A stretch of 63,732 nucleotides of DNA, counting the filler, from Lenisia limosa (Eukaryota > Protista > Breviatea), in NCBI GenBank assembly GCA_001655205.1. It is 10 parts of 10 records of this genome, joined end to end, with 100 filler letters (N's around TTAATTAATTAA, not from the genome) between each part and the next. Parts side by side here need not be neighbours in the genome. Positions count along the whole stretch, not along the records: positions 20,360 to 30,065 come from LPNZ01005412.1; positions 30,166 to 39,002 come from LPNZ01004726.1; 8 more parts are not named here. One strand, written 5' to 3'. Shown here one piece after another: positions 23,330 to 33,800 of the stretch; the stretch's first letter is position 1, and every line of letters starts with the position of its first letter. A program made the translations under genes and the position numbers. Below the pieces are notes generated by a model that did no database searches, was not told where the DNA came from, and worked only from the letters and a program-made list of their open reading frames with translations.

Positions 23330-26010
23330 TCGATCACAACCTTTCAATAACACATTTAGACCTTCGTTTTGACCTTGTGTCGGAACTCCCCGTGCCCAAC
23401 TGTGTGTCATCAACCAACACTTGCTCTCTTGAGTCCAAGAACCTTCCACACGTTAGTACTCTTTTTTGATGGTCAATGTGTATTTCATATATTCTTTTTT
23501 CTTGTTTTCTGAAATCACCTCATAGGTTGCCTATCTTCGTGAACGGGAATGGTGAGTTGCCAGGAAGCCAGCAATCTGGACCTGAGTGTTGTGTTTTTCA
23601 AAAACTCTTTTGGGTTAATGAAGAAATTTTTTATACTCTGGCATTATCACCTCATAGGCTCGCTACAGCTCCACACTCAGTCAATGCTTCTTACAGCCAA
23701 GTTGAGCTTTTCCGGTCCATTGATGATGGTCAAACTTGGACAAGTGAAGGTTCGTATTGTTTTTCAAGTCCATTATCACACTCTTTATTTGGAGATAAAG
23801 TGGGCAGTCATCTTAACCTTTAGGAATTGTGACATCAACCCCTTCAACAACTTTCCGATCAGCTTTGTCTGTCAATGACAATACGGTTGTTGTTGCACTG
23901 TTTGAGGGATTAGTTGGGATTCATTCCCACTTGAAAAGGTTTTCGAAGATGATCGAGAATGTCAGTCTTTTTCACACAAAATGTAACGCTTAATTATTTA
24001 CACTATAGACTCGCCTACCCCCAACCATTGAAGCTATATACCTACATCTCTCAAGATTACGGTGTTACATTTGTGAAGAAAATCGTCCCCTTTGATATGA
24101 TTGGATATGTGGGGAGGGGGGGGGGTAAAACGAAGGTATCTTCGAAATATTTACAAGAGTGATCAACAGGATATTAGCAGTATCATCACTTTCATTAATG
24201 TCTTCTCCAGACGGACAGTTTCCATCTTGCCTTCGACACGTCTCGAAATGAAATGGTCTTTGTTGGATGTCAGCGGAGGCGGGTTTTTTGATGTCACTCT
24301 TTTCCCTTTCTTTCGTATTTTTTACGTATTAGCTGTTTTTAATGACACGAACGCACATTTGATGACAGTGACGCTTGACTCCTCTCTCAACTTTGGAACT
24401 GTCAAACCTCTCACTTACCCTGTTGGCTGGTGGTGATGATAACTAGGTAAATTGAAAGATGCTTGAGATGGCACCATCATGTTATGATTTTCAACCATCC
24501 TTGATAATAGCACAATTGTCACTGTTTTAGCTTTCATGGGTAGTCAAAGGAAACACTTATGAGCCCACACTCTTTGTTGAGCATGGAAAATGGATGGTAT
24601 GATGAGGTATTTATTGAACAACTTTTATGTTCAGCTTTGACAACTTTTTCTAACCTCTAATAGGTTACAGCCCATAGCTTCGCAAAGGCTGTTAATGACT
24701 CTTCAATAGACGTTTCTGGTGGAACTGTTTTCATGTTCGTCAGCTACGACTCTGGTATGCTGTGGGACAGGCATAATGTACTTCTTCTTTATTGTTTCGA
24801 AATGAGTAAGTGGCCACATCGTCACGTGGTATTAATATATCATATTCACTCATTTGTTCATTACCAGTGACTTCTTTGCTGTTTTCTTTGTTTGCTTTGA
24901 TAACCTTCAAGGTGATACATGGAGTAGACATACCATTTCAGATCCTTTTAAGTGAGTGGTTGCGTTTAATCAAAACCTTACCAAAAATCATGATATGCTA
25001 CGTTTTTTTTTTTGTTTTCTGCACATACACTTAATTGATTTAGTCCTTCTTATTCGCCGCGCACCATTTCAAGTGGAAACGGGAAACTCCTTGTCACACA
25101 TACCCCGAGCATTTTTGCGTGGTCAAGTATGATGGGACTTGTGACATTTATGTTGTATCATTTTCGTAAATAAAAATACAAATGTGATTGTAATGATATA
25201 GCGGATGGAGGAAGAAGCTTCTCCTCTGTTGGAGCTTGGGACTACAGCCAACAGTCGACTTTGCTGTCAGGAACCCAGGCTTTTACCCGGTCACGCCCCG
25301 ACCTTGTTTATGGTGTGCGGAGGGGGCATATTGTGAACGTCTTCTGTCTTATCTGACTCTAATAGACGATGAAAATGCGGGAATGGTGAACATCTTAAGG
25401 TCAGCTCCAACCAATGGTGCTCCAAGCGGAGATGGTGGGGGGTATGTTGACAAAGTATTGCCATTTGTCAATTCCATTTTTTTATTATTATTTTTACTGT
25501 ACTTTAGTCTGAAATGATAATTAATTTGAAAATAGATTTGCTGTAACAACTTTAGGCCTCTGGGTGGCTGGCTTGGATGTCGCATCTGGTACTGTTGACT
25601 ATCCAAAAAAGGTCAACCTTCAGCCCGCTTTATGTTTGCTGAACCTTGTGCCACTATTTTTTTCTCTTTTTTTCTTTATTAAATATTTTTATCAAGCTTC
25701 ATATCTGTTTCGCTTCCTCAGATTGTGGTTCTGTTCAGTTGATTACTTAAATATACATCTTACCCCCCCTCCCCAGCCGCTGATGAAATTCCTTTGAATG
25801 TCCAAGGACAACGCTCAGCTAGTAAAGCAACCTGGATCATCACTGTCCCCTATGCTCATACCGTCGGCAGGTTCATTTCAAACCTGAACATTCTATTTGC
25901 AATGTTGACCCCTTCCCCCGTACTTTGTGTGACTCGATTCATTAACTCTTCAGGTTTCAACAGACACGGTCATTTCTTATCGAATCTACAGAGGAGTATG
26001 TCCTCTCTAG
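23330..26010 (+). CDS. BNR/Asp-box repeat beta-propeller protein (sialidase-fold-like), with many short introns
   Basis: Asp-box motifs RSIDDGQTW (~23715), YISQDYGVTF (~24045) and ADGGRSF (~25200) lie in consecutive GT-AG exons. Start and end are approximate. Confidence 0.6.
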
Positions 26011-26189
26011 ACTCCTTTTATTAAATATATAAATAGAAATATTTTCTGTATGAACCTTAAGTATGTATCTCTGGCACCCTGAATAACATTTCGTATAAAT
26101 ATGGTATGCATTAAAATATTATTCATAAGGTGAAGAGCGACCGCAGACCAATTTCAAGGGTGACATAACACATGTATCCACACCGATGC

Positions 26190-26982
26190 TTAACGGTAGC
26201 GACGGAGAGAAAGGGTGTTGTGCTTCTTCCAGACGGCACGACGAGAAGGACGAGCCTTGGAGTGGTTGTGGCCCTTGCCGACGAGACCACGAGAGTGGCG
26301 GCCAGCAGAGGTGAGACCACGGAGCTCACGGTGCTTCATGTGGGTGGCGCAGATCCAGTTGATGCGGGGGTCGCGACGGATGGCACCGTGCTGGGGGTCG
26401 ACAAGGATAACCTCGAAGTACTTGAAGGTACCGTCCTAGACAAACGTGAGGATCTTATCAGAGTGATCACAGAAAAAAGATCATTATGAAATCAGACAAG
26501 AGTGTTATAATACTTACCTGGTTCACCCAGTATGAGTTGAGAACACGGAGGTTACCGCAACGTCTGCCAATACGCTCCTCAGCAACAGAGCGGAGGTTAC
26601 GCTGGAACTTGAGCTGGTTGATACCGTGATGCTTGGGCTTTCCGTAAACGACACCCTTGTAGTTGGGGCGCTTGCGTCCACCACGGCGAACACGGACACT
26701 AAAAATATTACAACCAGCTTATGAAGCGCTTATTTTTGCTAGTTAACTCATGAAATACAGATACAAACCATTAAAAATAGCTAAAAAAGCAAACCGGTAA
26801 ACAACGTAGCCTTGCTTGGCCTTGTATCCGAGACGACGAGCCTTGTCGGCACGAGAAGGACGAGTCAGACGGACGATGGTGGGAAGTTGACGGAACTCCC
26901 AGGCGCGGACACGCATGAGGAAACGCATGACATCGGATTGCTTGCGCTTCCAGAGCTCTTCGAGATACTTGTAGGCACCCAT
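26190..26982 (-). CDS. RPL15: 60S ribosomal protein L15 (eL15), complete. Exons 26982-26795, 26698-26518, 26435-26190
   Basis: [33 protein letters not shown]...[28 protein letters not shown]...[25 protein letters not shown]...[12 protein letters not shown]...[10 protein letters not shown] (TAA). Confidence 0.98.
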
Positions 26983-27321
26983 TTTGTGCTAGAAAAAAAT
27001 GAGACAAAAAAAACAGGCTCTTCTCGATCAGATAACATTATCACCCCCTAATTACTGAAAAACACACCACACAAACCCCACTAACGTTTTTAAAGGGATC
27101 TTTCTCTTGAAAAAAAGTCCATAAAAAGGTCTGCAGTTCAGTTCATAAAATAGTCCGTGAATTGAATTTTCGAATTTAGCGAGATTTATGAAGTTGGAGA
27201 AAACGGCAAAAACACCTTTGACCAACTTAATTAACTTTATTGTGACTTTATTAACTACTGAACACCATATAGTAACAAGGAGAGAAAGAAACTTGCTTAC
27301 AGCAGGTTTTTGTGGGCCAAT
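26983..27321. promoter_or_regulatory. Short divergent intergenic region (probable bidirectional promoter) between RPL15 and CFAP96
   Basis: The two start codons are ~340 bp apart, head to head. No specific motif was identified. Confidence 0.45.
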
Positions 27322-29555
27322 ATGCCTGCTCACCCTGATGTGCAGAATGTAGGCTTGCTAATATTGCTTAACTTACTTACAAATACCAGGAGCTTGGGCG
27401 CACAGGGTATTTTACAGCAACCAGTTTCCTAGGGGCTCAATCCTCAAAAGGTTGGTACTCTCGCTCTCTTTCTCTCGATCTATTATATTATTTATACATT
27501 TGAACCACAATGGACATGGGAAGATGCTAAACTTGTATTTCTCTCTTGACTTCTCCAGCCCAAGTTGCTGGGATTGACACCAGGACCAAAGGTAGTCAGT
27601 TCTCAACCAGCCCTGCCAAGGTCAGTCCAAAAAAATACACTCACAAGGATAGGGGAATTACTTTTGATGAATATGGCATTGCAACACCTTCATGTCTTAA
27701 TTGCCTTTTGCACAAGAAGAAGACTGAAATGTAATGACAATGTAGACTGGAAAAGGGCCGGACTCTTTCTTTGACGGCACCACACCGAGACTTTATGAGG
27801 TATGGGCTTTGGTAGCTAGGATTAATTAATACTGTTTCTGCCGGGTATGAATCAAAGAGGTGTATTCTGCTGTTGCCGGCTTATCATACATCAGGGTGAA
27901 GCCTATGAGGACCAAAAGACCCGTGAGTATTCCGAGCAGAAGTCAAAGAAGAAACTAAACCTTTCTGGACCTTTTATTCCCTCTTCTCCCTCCAAAAGAG
28001 GATCTGGCATTTATGGAACGGTTTGTGACTCTCCTGATTGACCATGTTGCACCATTATTTGCTTTTGTTTCCCAGTCACATTTGCCTTTTTTTGTCACAA
28101 TGTACGTAGATCTCAAAGCCCCCTGAATACATCGCACCGATCGTGGAGAAGAAGCTGAAGAAGGGGGATGTCAAAACTGGCATGTCAAACTTCCTTGGAT
28201 CGGCAACGAAAACCACGGGCTCTGGGTGGGTGAAAAAACGTTGCTTACATTTTTAACTGATGATCTAATTGCCAGGTATCCGAATGGAGGAATTGGAAAG
28301 GATTATGAGTATGTCCCCACCCCATATGAGAGACAACACGAACTGGAAAAGGTAGGCGTATCGGTAGAGTCTTAGTTTTCTTTTATCGCTCAAGTTTGTG
28401 TTTGTTTCTTACAAACCAAATTTGAAAACACTCATTTCAACTTCAGTTTGTATAATTTTTCCCTCTCATAATATCATCCTCTTCCAGCTCCCTTCTTCGG
28501 AAGGGTTTTATGGTGCTGATTCTGTAGAAAGAAAAGATGCAACGCAAGAAGTTGGAAATATCATCGCAGGTTTGTGATATAACGACACTGAATTCTTATT
28601 TCTGCTGAAATCCGTTTTGCTTACACTTCTTTTCCTTGTCCTTTACTCATTACCAAGTTTGCTCATTTTTTTTTTTTCTTTAGCCGTTTTCCCCGCGAAC
28701 CAGAGGAGCAGATTTCTTTGATCCTACCATACACACACTCCAAGGAACAAGTGGGTTGACACTAACAGAGGATCTGGTTTTGTATGGGCTAGAAGTTGTT
28801 ATCTTTTACCTCTTAAGTAGTGTCTGAAATCGAAATTTCTTACATTTGTCAAACAAATTCTTCATTTTGGGCATTTTTCAGTCAAAACCCTTCTAGTCAT
28901 AACAATCGTATGAGAAGCGAGACTCATTTCTCAGCACCTCGAAGCCGAAAGAAGAAGGAGCACCACGTTCCACCCATCACTTCCGAACCATTCCGTCCGC
29001 CTAATAACCCGAAACAGGGTGAGTGATTGGAGGGTATACGTAGCAAAGGAGAGGAGTATGGAGCTTATTTTGCTATTTGCTGTCCCCCATTCCTAACTAC
29101 TTCTTAATGCTTTATTTCCCAAAAACTTCCATTCTGTTATCCTTTTTCATTCTTTAGGTTTAAACTCCACTTTCTCAAAGTTCCCAGAGTACAAAACTGA
29201 GCCGTATTTGGTTGGTGGTACCCTTAACATTCTGTGGATAACTTTTATTACAATACAATACTACCCTCAGTTTAGAGACCAGCGAAGTTCATATTGACCT
29301 TTTAGGACCCCTCAAAAAGACTCAAGAAGTTCACGGAACAGTCCATAAAATCAAAGCCCATTGGACCGGTTGGTGGTGTTCTTTTCGAAACTTCTCTTCT
29401 TTCCAAATATTGTCCGATATCTTGGTGAAATATTGTTATTATTCCTTCAACATTCCCATATTGTTGTTCTCTTTTCACAGCACTAGGGCTTCTTCCCCGT
29501 GGGTTCAGGGAAGAAGGGTACAAGCCCGAGTATTGTGGGTCGAAATGTTATTTAA
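27322..29555 (+). CDS. CFAP96: CFAP96 / C4orf47 (UPF0602) cilia-associated protein, apparently complete, ~13 exons
   Basis: MPAHPDVQNELGRTGYFTATSFLG...FFDGTTPRLYEGEAYEDQK...KLNLSGPFIPSSPSKRGSGIYGT...TGSGYPNGGIGKDYEYVPTPYE...EPFRPPNNPKQGLNSTFSKFPEYKTEPY...FFPVGSGKKGTSPSIVGRNVI*. This is collinear with C4orf47 as I recall it (ERIGLFSE; FVRIFEGEGY; AFLPSNGEKK..GSYYGT; GTGYGY; GTFDPYP). Confidence 0.75.
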
Positions 29556-29640
29556 TGTGTTTCTTTTTCTAATTTATTTCCTCTGTTTTCCGCCATTTGG
29601 ACAACCTTAACAATGCTAAATAGAAATGAACATGGGGGGT

Positions 29641-30035
29641 CTAGCGTTTGCAGCGACGACCTTGGGGAATGGGATGGCGGAGAATGTCGGGCTTCAGCTC
29701 ACGGAGTTTGTGCAGGGCCTGAAGTTGGATAAGTGTTTTAAAATAGGCTTGTTCCATAATGTGAAGAATGTAACGAGGGTTTACTGAGTTGCGCTCGTTT
29801 ACCTGCTCAGCGGTTGGCCTGTCAACAGGGTCGATAACCATCATAATACGGAACAAGTCGTGCCACGGTGAGGGCTAAAACGTCACAACAGTGGGGCAAC
29901 ATTCAACGTTGGGCATTATTTATGTACCTGGGGTGTGGTGGTCATCCAAGGAACAGGCCATGAGGAATCACGGCGGTTTTGGAGGGCACTGCGCATGGAC
30001 TGTTCGTTGATGTAGTCCGCGAAGGGAGACTTACC
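29641..30035 (-). CDS. Ser/Thr protein kinase C-terminal lobe, STK16/NAK-like, 5'-partial
   Basis: Three exons: GKSPFADYINEQSMRSALQN...PSPWHDLFRIMMVIDPVDRPTAEQ-ALHKLRELKPDILRHPIPQGRRCKR* (subdomain XI motif DPxxRPT). Confidence 0.7.
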
Positions 30036-30870
30036 CTATATGGTAAGTTGTCTCAAATGGTGCCANNNNNNNNNNNNNNNNNNNNNNNNNNNNNNNNNNN
30101 NNNNNNNNNTTAATTAATTAANNNNNNNNNNNNNNNNNNNNNNNNNNNNNNNNNNNNNNNNNNNNCAATGAAAAAATTATGAAGGAAAAAAATTATATCT
30201 TCGGCCTGTTTTAACTCGGATGAACTGCCGGTTAAAAATGGGCCGCCTATTTAAAAAGACATTGTAAAATAGGGCGTTCTTCTTATCTTACTTAAAGCAG
30301 ATTTAAGAAGCCAACCCTTTTATTCTCCCATACTGTCTTCCCGCTATTGGGCATGATGAAAATGATGACGGAGAATGACTCAATAAAAAAAAAAACACCG
30401 CCAATTTGAAAATCCAAAGAAGCCCATTGTTGCCTTATTCTGTATCCAGTTCCCTCGATTCAATCAGTCATAGAATCATATATAAAAAATAAACTTCAAA
30501 TGATAATGAAGATTTGCTGTTGGAAATGTGATCTGACGAAGAAGATACCATACTGCCCCTATCGTTCTTCCCACCTCCACATTCGTCGATATTGTGAAAA
30601 ACAGTATCAAGAGAAGGCAGCAGGGCACGCACATCCGCCTCATCACCGTACTGACACACATTTTGGCCGCCTTCCTAAAGAAAACTCCTTCTTGATCTAC
30701 TTAATTTACAGAGAATGCGGTGAATAATCCATAAGGGTTTTATTTATCAAGCATATTTTCAACCAAAAATTTTGATCATATTAATTCGAAAAATTATATC
30801 GAAAACTTTCGAGATTCCTATTTAAGTCAAAAATTTTCACCAAAATGCCCTTTTTAACAGTTTGATCATC

Positions 30871-33800
30871 ATGTCTGACGTTGAGGAACAAAAGGTTGAG
30901 GTCGTTGAGGAAACACCGGTTGTCGAAGAACCCAAGGTGGAAGAACCCAAGGTTGAAGAAACCGTTACTGAAGAGACTCCTAAGGCTGAAGAGCCTGTTG
31001 AAGAGGTTAAAGAAGCTGCTTCTACTGAAGAGGAGACCGCTGCCCCTGTCGAAGAAACTGTTGAAGTTGCTGAGCCTCAAGGTGCTGAGCAGTCAGCTTT
31101 AGCTGATGCTATGGCCAGAGCAAAGGCACTTGCGGAGTCGTTCACAGCTGTAGGATCGTTTCTTCTAAGATTTCTTTGTTTCATCCCCTTTTTTTAGAAT
31201 GCTCCTGATGAGGGTATGCCTTTATGCTTCATGAATGCGAAATCATCATTATTTTGACTGAAGAATCGCTTCTGTGTCGTTTGATAATTTTTTTTGACTT
31301 ATTTTTCTTGCAGCAACCCTTAAGAGGGTCCGTGAAGAGGAACATGCCGAGGAATCAGCTAAGAGAGCTCATGTCGAAGGTAAGTCATTTTTGCTCACCT
31401 CCTTCGACCTTCTTCCACCTCTGAACCGCATTTCATGCAAGCTGATAACATTTTTGGTCGAGTAGCGGCCGATGACAGGTTTTGTTCCTTGAACCCCTTT
31501 GTTGCCAGCCTTTCTGACCGCTATAGCTGAGGTTACTGTCGCTGAACCCGCCATTATCGAGCAAGTTACTGCCCAGCCTCAGATGAACCCCTATATGCCC
31601 CCTCAAGGCGAAGTAAGCTCCTCTAGATTGCATCACGCTGATGATCACTTTCCCCTTTTGGACACCGCGAGCCTTTGCTAACGCTTTAGGAGGTCCCCAT
31701 ACCTGCTGCACCCGCACACGCCCGCCACGGTTACCCCATGTCTCAGAACAACCCTGATGGATCTTGCACAATGACTGTGAGGGTGAACACTGGTTTTTTG
31801 GGATAGCAGTAGACCACTACTGGGGTTTTGTTGTGTTATTATGGGGTTCTTGTTTTCTGGGAATTGATTTAGCAGTTGGGGTTAAATAAAATACAAGTTT
31901 CTTTTAAGTATTGCCCTCTCTCCTTGTTTCAGAGTTTTTATTCCCTTCTTCTCACGGCATCCCCCAGACACTTATATAATCTTGTTGTGATTAGTACCTG
32001 TACGCCAATGTTCTTCATCCCTTAATTTACAGAGTTGATTTGGGCTCTTTTTTTTTCATAAATTTTTCAATTTTACCCCCGCCCCCCCTCCCCCNNNNNN
32101 NNNNNNNNNNNNNNNNNNNNNNNNNNNNNNNNNNNNNNNNNNNNNNNNNNNNNNNNNNNNNNNNNNNNNNNNNNNNNNNNNNNNNNNNAAGGTCCGCTCC
32201 ATCGGACAAACCACCATGACTCAGATCCAAGTAGGGGGTGAGGGAGGTGTTTCTCTCTTTTCTCTTCTCTCTTCCTTTTTTCCCCATGTAGTTTCGAAAT
32301 CCATGATTAAATCCTTTGTATCATAACGAATAAGCATCATAATTAGCCAGATATACATTTAGATAATAAGAATAATATCCATCTCATCATCAGCCATATT
32401 GAGTAAAGACAGCACTGTACAATATTATCATAACCAGCCACACATCGATCCAATAACGATCCCCAGATCAGCCAATCCGAGGGCTCCTTCCAAGAGACCC
32501 GTGAGATCACCATCAGCGGCCAGCCCCAGTGCATCGAGGGCGCCAAGGCTATGATCTTCCAGATCGTCCAGGTATGCCGGGGAGGAGAGGTTGGATTTTT
32601 TTATCCTCGTACACTGACGGCGATAAGTCCTGACACGTTTCACAACAGATAAATCTCAAAATCCGTGTCAGGACTCATCGCAATCAGTTTTCAGAATTTG
32701 AAACATGATGTTTATGGACTGCTTATTTTTTTAATATTAATAACAACAACAAAATAAGAAACTACCTCCAAAAATTCCCTCAATTTTATTCACCCCCCCC
32801 CCAGGAGCATCAGAACCGTGAAAACGGCAGCAGCAACTTCAACTCCGACGGCGGCGCCTCTCGTGACATGCTTGTCGAGAACCAATATGTCGGTGTTATC
32901 ATCGGTGGGGAGGGGTGTTTTTGTACGTTTTTTTTTTGTCTGTGTTTTATAGAACCAACATGTCATTATTATTGGTGGGTTGGGCGGTGCTTCAGATTTT
33001 AAATGCAAGCCAACAAGAGTTATTAGAATTGATTTTGTGTTTGTTTTGTTTTTCATAGTTTTTTTTTTTTTGNNNNNNNNNNNNNNNNNNNNNNNNNNNN
33101 NNNNNNNNNNNNNNNNNNNNNNNNNNNNNNNNNNNNNNNNNNNNNNNNNNNNNNNNNNNNNNNNNNNNNNNNGTGCCCGCATTCTCATTGACCAGGACAA
33201 TTCTAAGGACCCCCGTCCCGTAACCATCACCGGTTGGGCTCTTTTTGTCATATTTGGTCCTTCCAATACTCTTTGATTTATTTGGTACCGCTCTGCTTTG
33301 ATCTTGGTACTCCTTTTCTCTTTGATCAATCTTTATAGCTCATCACTTTAACCATAATTCTGATTTTCCGTGTCATAGACCACAATCATATTTTGTTATT
33401 ATAGCTGATACTTGTAGGACAGCCATACGCAGTAGATATTGCCTGGCAGCTCGTCGAAGGCAAACTCAACGAAATCGTGAGCCACCTTCTATGATCCAAT
33501 ATCTCCTTTAAGCGTGGTTGTGTGGACGGCNNNNNNNNNNNNNNNNNNNNNNNNNNNNNNNNNNNNNNNNNNNNNNNNNNNNNNNNNNNNNNNNNNNNNN
33601 NNNNNNNNNNNNNNNNNNNNNNNNNNNNTGGATACAGACCGACATAAAACCGCCCCCACCCCTCCCTCGGGTCTTTGTGTTTGTTGTTCTTAACCCTCAT
33701 ATGTCGTCAGCCAACGGGTTTCTTTTTTCTTTTTCTTTTTCTTTTTCTTTTTCTTTTTCTTTTTCTTTTTCTTTTTCTTTTTCTCTCTTTATTTTCCAAT

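Noticed and set aside
26436-26794. snoRNAs in the RPL15 introns
   Set aside because: Only partial box C/D-like words are present, with no terminal stem or adequate spacing.
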